A stretch of DNA of 64,000 nucleotides from Fimbriosthenelais zetlandica (taxonomy: Eukaryota). Below, in pieces: positions 29,010 to 39,189 of the stretch (its first letter is position 1; every line of letters begins with the position of its first letter). The notes under the pieces were generated by a model. The model had not been told where the DNA came from, did no database searches, and saw nothing but the letters and a program-made list of their open reading frames with translations. The stretch covers positions 51,832,001 through 51,896,000 of the forward strand of contig OZ365109.1 in NCBI GenBank assembly GCA_977030845.1, read 5' to 3'. The position numbers were made by a program, and so were the translations under genes.

Positions 29010-29180
29010 CTGAGGGCAGAACTGGGAGGCAGCTAATGTTCAGCGAGGCGGAACGCTGGACCGGCCACGGTGACACCTGGGGGCTGACACGCATGCGTGC
29101 TCACTGCTGCCGCTCCCAGCACTGAACGCGTGCGCAGTGCAGGTGGAGCCTGAAAGTGTGTCCCTTCTTAGGGATTGGGC
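29010..29180. promoter_or_regulatory. GC/CpG-rich promoter-like patch
   Basis: Sharp GC/CpG rise in AT-rich flanks; NRF1-like palindrome CACGCATGCGTG at 29088-29099; no convincing exon; ~400 bp upstream of candidate exon 29573. Confidence 0.3.
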
Positions 29181-29572
29181 CCTTAACATTAAAAAAAATC
29201 AAAACAGCACTAACAGCAACAAGTATATGATACATGCATCACTTCAGGAAATTTGTTATATTATGCCATTTTTCATTATCCTCTTGCTGTATACTATTTG
29301 CGTTACTGGGTTCTATTTCTGATATTTCTCTTGAGTGTAAGACCTATATTTACTGGGGGATACAGAAATTTTCCAACAAGAACAAAAGTCTGAAATTTGC
29401 CTGATTTCGAAGTAAACTCCTCCTAGTGTAAGGCGTGGTATCTTTTTATACATATTGCCCCGCAAAATAGTCATATGTCCCTAGAGACGTCCTTTCTCGG
29501 TCTGAGTGGGCGTTGTCCATGGACACCTTGTCCCAGGCTCACTATGCATAGCCACACCTGCCAAGCTGGCCC

Positions 29573-29613
29573 ATGATGTGGTCGCTGCAGGGGTTGAGAG
29601 AGGAGACAGATGA
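29573..29613 (+). CDS. Candidate first coding exon MMWSLQGLREETD(E), phase 2, joining 30310
   Basis: First ATG after an in-frame TAG; donor GA|GTAGGT; phase matches 30310. Rival phase-2 donors at 26926 and 27869 exist. Confidence 0.25.
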
Positions 29614-30309
29614 GTAGGTGATGCTGAATGATACAGGCTCACAGTACTCAACTAACACTAGCTCCAACCACACCTAGACAGTCTCATGGGTGCTTACCAC
29701 CAAGGAGGAGAGATAACTACCAGATAATCACTCCAATATATCACTTCACTACAACCACCCATCCCCGCGAAGATCCACTGGAGTCCCATGTCTTGTTTTC
29801 TCAGGATTATCTCCAGTGAAAAGCCCTGGTGCTAGGATTAAGAGCCAATATTCATGGATCAGGGATCTTGCGATCAAAGGATTGTGCTGGACCTATTTAA
29901 TCCAGATTATACCCTTGTGGGATAAAAGTGCACATTTAGAAACAATTCAACATTTTGGACTATTCTTGAACAATCATCCAATCAACAAAATTATATATGT
30001 AGTTATGAACTCGTCCTAAGAGGACCTTGTGTAGGCCTAAAGGACATTACTGCTAAAGAGGATCTTTGAAGATTCAAAATACAAAGGTCTTTTTTCAAGA
30101 TTGGATTTCACACATTCTTTCCTGTACAAACAGGGACTCTTTGAAGGGCTAGCGACCGAGCCCTGAGGCTTGGAGAGGGAAGATAGAAAGCCTGAGAGGG
30201 CGTGCACCCCTAGAGAGAAGAAGGTCCTTTAGTATTGACCTTACCTTGGTCAGCTCAAAGCATCTGCCAACTACATGTTGACTCTGGATGTATCTTCCTC
30301 CTGCCACAG

Positions 30310-30359
30310 GATTATAAAAGGGAAGAAGCAATATGAACCTAGGATAATCAATGATAAAG
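30310..30359 (+). CDS. Candidate exon, phase 2 to 1 (IIKGKKQYEPRIINDK-G)
   Basis: Acceptor GTATCTTCCTCCTGCCACAG with a ~50-nt AG-free zone; donor AAG|GTAAGA. Open frame ends AAA G, giving INDK-GQLNLSI when joined to 57254. Confidence 0.45.
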
Positions 30360-33300
30360 GTAAGAGAAGCCTCCCAACCCTCACATTGACATAGCAACTT
30401 AATTCCACAGGGATCTTTTCTATATTTGTCAACAACAAATATTTCTTTTCTTCTTGGCAACGCTCTTGCACTCAAAGCAATTATTATGGACCATAGGTGT
30501 ACATAGAAGTACATAAAGCTTTTTGTGCTTAGATTTAGGAGGCACAAGGTTATTTCATTATAATCTCAGGTACGTGGGAATGAGGTGGCTGAACTGTTTA
30601 TTATTACCATGGTTACACGTTCGTAACTAAGGGGGTGGTTGTCTGTAACACCCCCCCCCCCCCCACCCCCTACAGGTACACTCCCTGTGTTAAAGAAGTT
30701 ATATGGTAGGTTATAAAAATGTAAGTTACTATATTAAGCCTATAGGACAAAACTACAAAACTAGAGGCCTACCTAACTATATAGGTTAAAGCTATTTTCC
30801 CCTAAATAAGAATCACCACCCCCTCAGGCACCCAGAAGTGCCCCCCTACCCAACCTTGGGAATCATGTATAGAGCCCCCATACACAGAGTATGGGGGCGT
30901 GGTTGAGGGTTCTCATGTCCTACGTTACCCAGATGTTAGCGGGGGTAGCATTTGTCTTCCAATATAGACATGTACTTGTGATATACTACCTTAAATGAAG
31001 CCATTGTAACTGAATGGGTTAAATACTTGTTTGGCGCTTACATTAATTGGATTTATTGTATTCAGTGGCAGGAACTTCTTTGTAATGCCAGATACGCATG
31101 GGTGATGTTTCATAATGAATACAAAAAAACAAGGATGTGGTTTGCGCTTTAAACTAAATACTTTAATCGAATATTAATAGAGCCTGCCGTTAGGCTAATT
31201 TAATTGGTTTTGGAGTATGGACAATTTAATTTGTCCCTTACTACAGTGGCTCAAAACGTTAGGAATTTCTGGGAAATTATCCCATATATTAGTGTGAATA
31301 ATGTTTGTAACTTACTATGAAACGTACATCAATTGATTAAGCATTCATTTGTTTACGTATTTCTTAAAATGGGTTTAAGAGATCGTCTACAACGTATGGT
31401 TAAGATATTCATTCCGCCCTGTATATAAATTGTCTATAAATGGGAGATGGCAGCAGTAACGACCAAGTAAGATATAGATGTTAAGCATTATTATTCAGAA
31501 TAGGCGCTCAGGCTTAATTCCCCTTGCATCATCTGTATTGATGTTGTGACAACCCTGCCACCTCTCCTGACCCTTCCCCGTCCCCCTCCCACTCCCTCTT
31601 CCCTTCCCTCTCCCACCAAATCCCCCAAGTCTGATTACCGATCACGTCAATGACTTAACCACTCTCATTCAAACAATGACTAGTTTCGTTGGAGCACGTC
31701 ACATTAGGGCGAAGCTTCAATATGAAACCCCTGACTCCCAACAGTTGTATGGGCGTCAATGGCTGCAGTATAGCCTGTGGGTGGATACATATTGACAATA
31801 TCGCGGCCGTGCTGTAATACACTTTGTTATTTCATGGTGTGCTCATCTGCTGTGGACCGGTCTCATGCCACGCGACCACCTCCCTTATAGTCACACCGAA
31901 TCTAAACCAATCTTTTGTTGGAGAAGACACCCCATTTACCTTAGCCTATTATCTTGTCATCGGGGGAGGAGTTTCTGCTCCAGTCAACCCAACATCCAAA
32001 CCTCATTTAATACCTTCTTTCACTCAGATTCTTCGCTCCTTCTCATCGCCAGTAGGGATGCCACTTGGCCCGATTTTTTTATTAGTCGGAGGAAATAGTT
32101 GGAGTGAAATTGCAGGAGTGAATAGATGGAACCAATAGGTGTCCTCGTTACTCGCTCTTTGTCCGAGGTTTAAAGGGGAAAATAGACCGCCCGATGCTAA
32201 AATTACACACACTTTGGTTCTTGGCAAAGATTTATTATTCTTTCAGAAGAAACTTGACTTACAAAACCAGACAAATGAAGCTGTTCCAAAGCAACACAGT
32301 AGGATGGCAAACTTGATGGGTTTCCATTGTAGCCAAAGATTTTTTCTTATATTTCATTTTCCAGACTGGATTCAGGGACAAATGTTGTACGGGAACTTTT
32401 TATTCAACGAGGAGAGTAAACTTTTCCAAAGTGTCTCTTCCTCTTGTATTTCTTTTATCTGGCGATTGTATATCAAAGCAATATGGTCACTGGTACTGTC
32501 CATGTGGTGGAGCCAAACGGGACATAAAACTTCATAGAGCATCGAAATAATGAAGAGAGATATTAAAAGTCCCTGGGGAACTATTATTGATTTGACTTCC
32601 ATGTCAATTTGGCATAGAAATCTGTGCGACTCGGAGCCCTTCTGCCAAACCCATTAACAGAATTCAAACCAGAAGTTTTCGGGTTCGCACCTCGGCCCAG
32701 AGTAACTGCAGATGTCACCTCAGCACTTTCCTATTATAAACCAAACCCTAAAACCCCTAAGTTGTCAAGGCACTCCTCAAACCCATAAACATAAATGAGT
32801 GTCATTAAAATCTCCAGGGTCTCCTTAGCCCATCAAAAGGGGAGAGGGAAAGTCCAACGTGAAAAGAATAGGGGGAGGGGAAATGGGAGACTTAAATGAA
32901 GGGTTCTATTCCCAAGGGGCTGACCACAAAACTTGTTGGGTTGTCAATGTGTGTGATTAGCCACAATGTGAACGGTCAGTTGACAGGAATATATGCGCGG
33001 TGTATTACTGGTGGTCATATCTCAGCCCCTGATCAGAACCCTCAATGGTGACCACTGCCTTCACCACAGGCCCTGCATGTCAAAGGTCAATCTCCTCAGC
33101 CAATTAGAGGGGTCCTCGACGAGAGGAATTCAGCCAGATGAAAGCAACTTCCTCGTTGCTCTGATAACATCTCGCCTTGGCAACGTTCCTTGTTGCGCCT
33201 GAAAAGCTTGTCAGGCATTGTGGATCTCCTCGCCGGTATTCAGGCATTCTTCTCAGCTTGAAAAGACGATCGGCAGAGGAAAGCCCCACGCGGGGATGCC

Positions 33301-33562
33301 CCATTCTCTCCCATGCAAAATTCACCACCAATGGAAATGATGGGTTTCCCCCGCAAATAATTGAACCTGTTGCAATCTCTGCAAGATACTATTCATTTCT
33401 GATTTTTCTGTCCTGTACCTTTACATTCTGAACACAATGAGTGATGAATGCATGCATGCACTGTCTCGACCAAAGAGAGAATTCCATTGAAAGTTAATTT
33501 TGGTTCATTGTCACCAAGAATTGTAATTTAACTAAACAGTGCCCTTTAATTTCCCTTCACCT

Positions 33563-33675
33563 ATTGAATTCTATTTGAGGTACGTAGCATAATTCAGTAT
33601 TTCGGTATATCTCCCACGCATTGAATTCTATTTGTGGCAGCATAATTCAGTATTTTGGTATGCCCTGTATCTCCC
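33563..33675 (+). repeat. Tandem duplication, two ~57-bp units
   Basis: ATTGAATTCTATTTG...GCATAATTCAGTATTT.GGTAT starts at 33563 and again at 33620. Confidence 0.8.
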
Positions 33676-35224
33676 TAGTCTTATCTCTCCTTCATGGAAA
33701 CAAAAAGTGGTATCTCTGATTTGAGTCTTATTACTGGGAGAACAATACAGCGATGAGTAGCACATAACTGTCAGTTTGTGCACTTTATTGGGTACAGTTG
33801 AAACCTTATCTGTTATTTTACTATTTCCCTCCTATTTCCTTGAATGCCAATAATTATTTTAAACCCGGGTATTTTCCTCTTATTGTATTTAAAGGCTGTT
33901 TGCCGAAAAGATGAAGATTTATTTCTTTTCACATTGGTACCGAAGAGAAAAGAGAGATAACTCATTTGGTGCGGCACCTGGTTTTGTCCACACCAGGTGC
34001 CGCCAGTGTTGCGCTGTAATTGGACGTGCATCTCATCCCGCACCCAGGGTGCCTCTGCTACCCCAGCAGCAAAAATATCATATCTTATTGTCTCCCATAA
34101 GACCCCCTACATCTCCTACACATGTAAGCTATTATTAGACCCTTACAGAGAATTGTGCAACTCAATTTTTTTAAAGTATATGAACAAACCCTGGGTGCGC
34201 TAGGAGGGAGCATTGGCTATGGCCCCCAGCTTGGTCGCTTCCACGAGGCTTTGTCAAGAGGCACGCCCTCCCTGTTATTATGTTCCGGCGGTGCAGGAAA
34301 TGAAAGATTAAGTTTTATTTATGACTTGAAATAGAAAGGTCGACTTGGGACAGTTGGCGGTGGGTTGCAATGTCACAGGGCTGCTATTTTCAGACATAAA
34401 TTTTGGTTAAATCAATAAAGCCCCGGGCTATCTTCCGGGTAACGTGTGGGATGTGGGGGACCTCTGAACCGTAAGGTTAATTTGGGGATCACGCCTATAG
34501 TAATGTCCATTGTTATCTGAGACCGTGATAGGTCTACCTATAGAGGTCCATAATACCCATTTCTTTATCCATATCAATGCATATGTTAATGCTCTTACTC
34601 AAACTTAAATTCATAATTTCTCTATGAGAAAATAGACCTAGGCCTATATCTTGAAGAGTATTTTGTATACATTTTATGAGACGTATGTAGGTTGACCTAT
34701 GGTATGAATTGTATTACTTAATTTTTTAATTCAAATTATTTACCAATAGGCCTATATATTACATGTATAAGCAGGCCCATTGATCTTGCCCATTTTCATG
34801 AAAGGCTATTGCAATGGAGGTAGAAAATGACATATCAGAAATGTAAAGCTTATGTTTAATAAACTATATCAATATCACATTCTCCTGGCTAGATATATCA
34901 TCCCAAACACAAGTTAGCCGTGTCTTTAAAACAACAAAGAAAATAACCCGGCAGAAAATGTAATCAAAACGGTAGAGACTGACATGACCATTAACAATCT
35001 GTTGTGCCTTGGGGCTCTTGCCCGTGCCCCGCCCCTCCACGCAACCTGACATAAGACAACAAGCACTTTCCATGATGACATGGGGCACTTAAAGACCTCT
35101 CCCTTGTCTACAACTAACAATTTATGTCCTTATAGGCTATGTAACCGGACTATATTATATGTTTACTTCATGCTAACTGGACCAAACCGTTGGAATAACC
35201 TGTCATTTTGTCCCCTTCAAATAG

Positions 35225-35282
35225 GCCTCGAGGACGCACATAGCTTTAACATATACCGTAGACCAATATCCGCCTGGGAAAG
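35225..35282 (+). CDS. Candidate exon, phase 0 to 1 (ASRTHIALTYTVDQYPPGK-G)
   Basis: Branch-like TGCTAAC at 35171, then an AG-free pyrimidine tract to CAAATAG; donor AAG|GTGAGG. No Met in this frame, so it needs an upstream phase-0 exon. A second frame (phase 1 to 2) is also open. Confidence 0.3.
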
Positions 35283-35499
35283 GTGAGGGTTAGAACGAAA
35301 AGAAAGCCATAAATTCACTTTTAACTAGGCCTAAAAGTATGGCTTTTACACAATTCGTAGCCCTATTTCCCTAATATTTCCAGTGATATTAACAAAACTC
35401 TCGATAGATATATTAGCCATGACCTGCATTATTTCCTCCATTGAGAGCCGATTGTCACCACCGACACATAATGACAATTCGTCCTAAGTACAACTCGCG

Positions 35500-35765
35500 A
35501 AATCCCAATCACGTTAACGAGATTTACGGCTCACTTGTCACATGAATCGAGAGTGGGCAATTGTAACGTTACGTTCTGCTTGAGATGTCTCATAACAAGA
35601 GCCATTGCTGACAGGTGGCGCTCGCCGCCATTGTCACGTGACTTGCCATTGGAGATATGACGTCACGTCCTAGGATGTGACGTCATATCGCGTCTCAATC
35701 TTACCTCCGACCACTCAAGAGTCGGTGTCGTGTGCCATCCTCCGCTCCCAGACATATAGCGGAAA
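35500..35765. promoter_or_regulatory. CpG-rich element with twin CRE palindrome, E-box and CTCF-like motif
   Basis: TGACGTCA at 35658 and 35678; GTCACGTGAC at 35633-35642; CTGACAGGTGGCGC at 35608-35621. Confidence 0.45.
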
Positions 35766-36515
35766 CACTTCAATTCCATCAAGAGTCTCCCTCTGAGAAA
35801 TAATCACATAATCAAACTGTAAAATAATTATTCAGCAAAAGATGGACCATAAAAGATTACCGCTGACAGCTTTTGTTTTCAGGATCATATCTGATGATTA
35901 CAATTTGTTATTTCCCTTCCAATCTAATAAAAATGTCAGTCTTTTGTCATCAGATTAATATGTCAGAATCTTCTCATATAGATAATCAGTTGTATCTGGC
36001 GCCTGATTATTTTTGGTATGAAATTCTACTGCAGTTGCCCTTACTTACATTTTATAGGCTATTGCCGGATTTCTGACATTGGAAAATTTTAGAAAACGAC
36101 TTCCTTGATTTTCAAAACCTTCTTTGCCATATTATGCAGTGTATTTTAAAAGATTGTGGTCCATAAAATTATATGAGAAATTCTGTTTCGTATTCCATAA
36201 TATTCCTTGTTAACCAAAAGAAAATCACAATTTCATCATTTTTAGACTTGCCTAACTGACCCCTGTAACAGTATTTTATCTGATACTGTTTATAGGTGAA
36301 AGTTTCCCCCTTTATCTCTGAAGTGGTGCCATCATTTTAGTCTGAGCGGATTACCAGCCCTGAGTGGCTGTCCGCACTGGCCACATTTACCTGTTGCCGG
36401 TAGAGCATTATTTAACACACACTTGAAGGACTCTGGCCCTTCTCTAAGGCATTACGTCGATGACATGTACTTAGATTTCCACACTTTTCCCCTGGGAGGA
36501 ATATCCTCGGCTTCC

Positions 36516-36603
36516 CATTGGCTGAAATGTGATGATAAATGTTAATGGGGAAGAGAAAATGGCATCACTGTGATTGGTAAACCTCACGGGTTCGTATGAT
36601 TGG
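36516..36603 (+). promoter_or_regulatory. Triple CCAAT-box (NF-Y-type) promoter candidate
   Basis: CATTGG at 36516, TGATTGG at 36571 and 36597, just upstream of the candidate first exon. Confidence 0.4.
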
Positions 36604-36692
36604 GAGGTTTCCCTTTCATATTGGAATTTGATTCAGAGGAGTTAACATAGGTCACTAGGGCTATCATATCTGGTTATGTACCTGGATGTAAA

Positions 36693-36719
36693 ATGCCTAC
36701 AATGAAGCGAGAGCTGAAG
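36693..36719 (+). CDS. Candidate first coding exon MPTMKRELK (phase 0), joining 38922
   Basis: ATG in AAAATG context, first Met after an in-frame TAG at 36648; donor AAG|GTAAGG. In-frame join gives MPTMKRELK-SAMFCG. Three ATTGG boxes lie 90-180 bp upstream. Confidence 0.45.
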
Positions 36720-38921
36720 GTAAGGGATTTTTATGATGTCAAGTTAATTATAACTAACATGTACATGTACATAGGGAGATGATGATTTGGATCCATGGCC
36801 TTACTGGTCACTAATTAATTATTACCCACAAGTAACACTAATTGTGTTAATTGTTATGTTAGGACTGTTCATTTTTGGTTGATGTTATCCTGTTATGATG
36901 TCTCTCTCAATTTCATTCATTCCTTCCTTGATCAGTTTTTCCTGAATCAGTTGCAATGCTTCTGATTTGAAGGGCATCTCCCAGGCTTCACCTAGGTGGG
37001 CCATTTCCTACATAGATATCCATAGTATTTTCTAAACACTAAAGTCGGTTGTACTCTGTCGAAGAAGTGTTTTAGTTTGTTATCCAAAAGGTATAGAACT
37101 TGTGGGAAAGTAAAAGTTTTCGTATAATCTGAGAATAAGCTTTTCATTCCTCCGATAGAAATCTGACATTGTTGAGGCTTCTAAAGACAATAGCTGTCAC
37201 TTAGATATGTAACCTTCTTTAAACTAAACCAACCAAAAAAAATTCAATTGCAAAATTTAACATGGGTTACAATTTTGACCTATAAATACAAATAGGCTGT
37301 AGAATATGATAGCCGAACTGAACGTGTACAATATTGTTTTAAACAAAGGAGTTTGTACCCTCCATTTATTTCATATCTGATAAGCCAGGAAAACAATAGA
37401 GTTTTAAGGGATTATGTTTAAGAAAATAAAGGCGGTGGTCACACCTTGAGAGGTCGGGAATAAACAAACTATGGGTGGAGTTTGAGGCCTTGAATTGACC
37501 TGTATCGTATTACGGGTGTTTACCTTGAGCCTGTGGGAAAACAGAATAGAGAGGTCAAACCCCGGAACAAACAGACTGGTCGTGTGGGGAATGTACTCTA
37601 TGGTCATTGTGGAACATAGGTACAGATAGGTCCCGACTGACCACTACGATGTAGGCACATTTTATGTGGATATATTCATTCTCCAGCCGAACATAGGTGG
37701 TAAAATATTAATGATCATACCTCTGTGGACATACTGAAATTGGATATGAGGAAAATGACCTTTGGGGACACAAGGACATAACCCGTAAGTGAACGCTTGC
37801 ATTTTTCAAGGCCTGGGTGGCCAGTGAAGCACTAAGTGCACTTGGCCATTATGGACACGTGTTTTAAAATTGTTCTCGAAAACTTGTTAAGTTTGCTGGT
37901 CACTCTTGACCCCTGGTTGCTGGTCACTGGTGAGATGTGAGTGTTAAACATGTGTGGGATGACCAAGGGCAATGACCTAAGCCCTTATAGTGGTCATAGG
38001 TAGCATACCATAATGATGGCCGAGGGTGTGGTTTATGGTTGATAATAGTGTAGTGATTACATGTAGGATAGGTATGATTGAAGGAAAGACCTCGCCCAAT
38101 GTGGCCATGGACAGTTATCATATATGTCCTCAGGGTGCAGACGATTCATAACCGCTCAAGATAACGGAGGCCTATGGGTGCACTGGCAACGTTTCAGTCG
38201 CTGATATATATATGCCTTATATTGATAGATACCCATGACATATGCTGGTCAAGAAAGGGATTTTTCTGTTGAATTTGATAAGCTTTAATCACCACAAGCT
38301 TATGACCCTATGAAAAAGTTTCAACTTGAAATGATAGCATCTTTGGTTCAAATTTGGTTTCTCTTTCCCAGGCAAATAGTAGCCTATTGTTGATGTTGAT
38401 ATTTCTTTCCTGATATTCTTCCATTGTTTCTCTGAACTTCACGTTTTGTTTGAAGTTAATGTTGCTTTTTCAAAGTTTTCTATCGTTGCGCCCCCTGTCA
38501 CTTGATTGAGCAACCAAGTGTTGTCTGGATTATATGCTAGGTGGCGTCCTAGTGGTGGGGACGCTAGCCTGGGATTGTTCATCGAAAATACACCAGGTGG
38601 CGTATTGGTGGTGGTGGCACCCCCCGCGCCCTGACACCCTAACCCCGCATCCCCTCTTTCACATGCAGTTTCAGTCATATAATTCTGTTTTTCGAGAAAT
38701 AAATGGCTCTTATACATTTGCGTATTCTGTTGCCATAGTTGGCCAAGCTTAGTTATAATTACAACGATAGAATAAAATTAATGGTATATATTATTATTTG
38801 CAACACTTCAACTTCTGAAAGTTGGCTAAATTGATTGATTTCATTAATTTATTTTTTGTTAATGTTGACAAAAGCATCATTGTATTCTAGTTTGTAATCA
38901 CACATTCTTCATTTTTTTCAG

Positions 38922-39189
38922 AGCGCTATGTTTTGTGGTTCTAGTCTTAAACGACTAAGAAAATGCAAGTCAACCCAGAGTCCGCCCTGTCAAGAGGCTG
39001 TCAAATGTGAGAATGAGAACATTGACAGAGCTCATCCGTCTCCGTTACGGGCGTCTAACGTTCATAACGTAAAGGAGAAGACGCTGGACGGAGAGAAAGG
39101 CAAAGAGAATGAATATTACTTATATGGTACAATCACTAAGGCCAACCAAGCGCTGCTGTCACCACCCCGCGGCGACTTCAGAACTAGAG
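38922..39189 (+). CDS. Coding exon, phase 0 to 1 (SAMFCGSSLKRLRKCKS...LLSPPRGDFRTR-G); alternative N-terminal region of the RGS3-like gene
   Basis: Acceptor CATTCTTCATTTTTTTCAG and donor GAG|GTGAGT. 268 nt with only one open frame (the other two stop within 12 codons). Splicing to 57254 is in frame, giving RTR-GQLNLSI. Confidence 0.6.

Noticed and set aside
32680-32700. B-box-like GGGTTCGCACC (also ~43655-43670, minus)
   Set aside because: No properly spaced A-box or cloverleaf; not a tRNA or clear SINE.
35705-35792. Minus-strand candidate exons with good splice sites (also ~7606-7668, ~22352-22390, 59908-60001)
   Set aside because: No recognisable peptides and no coherent phase chain; splice-like hexamers are common at this scale.
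36890-37010. Minus-strand helix-like peptide MAHLGEAWEMPFKSEALQLIQEKLIKEG...
   Set aside because: Only ~40 codons, weak acceptor, no homology recognised.
36693-38936. MKRELK and SAMF echo human RGS2 (MQSAMF, MKRTLLK; recalled)
   Set aside because: Matches of 3-4 residues in the wrong order; not significant.
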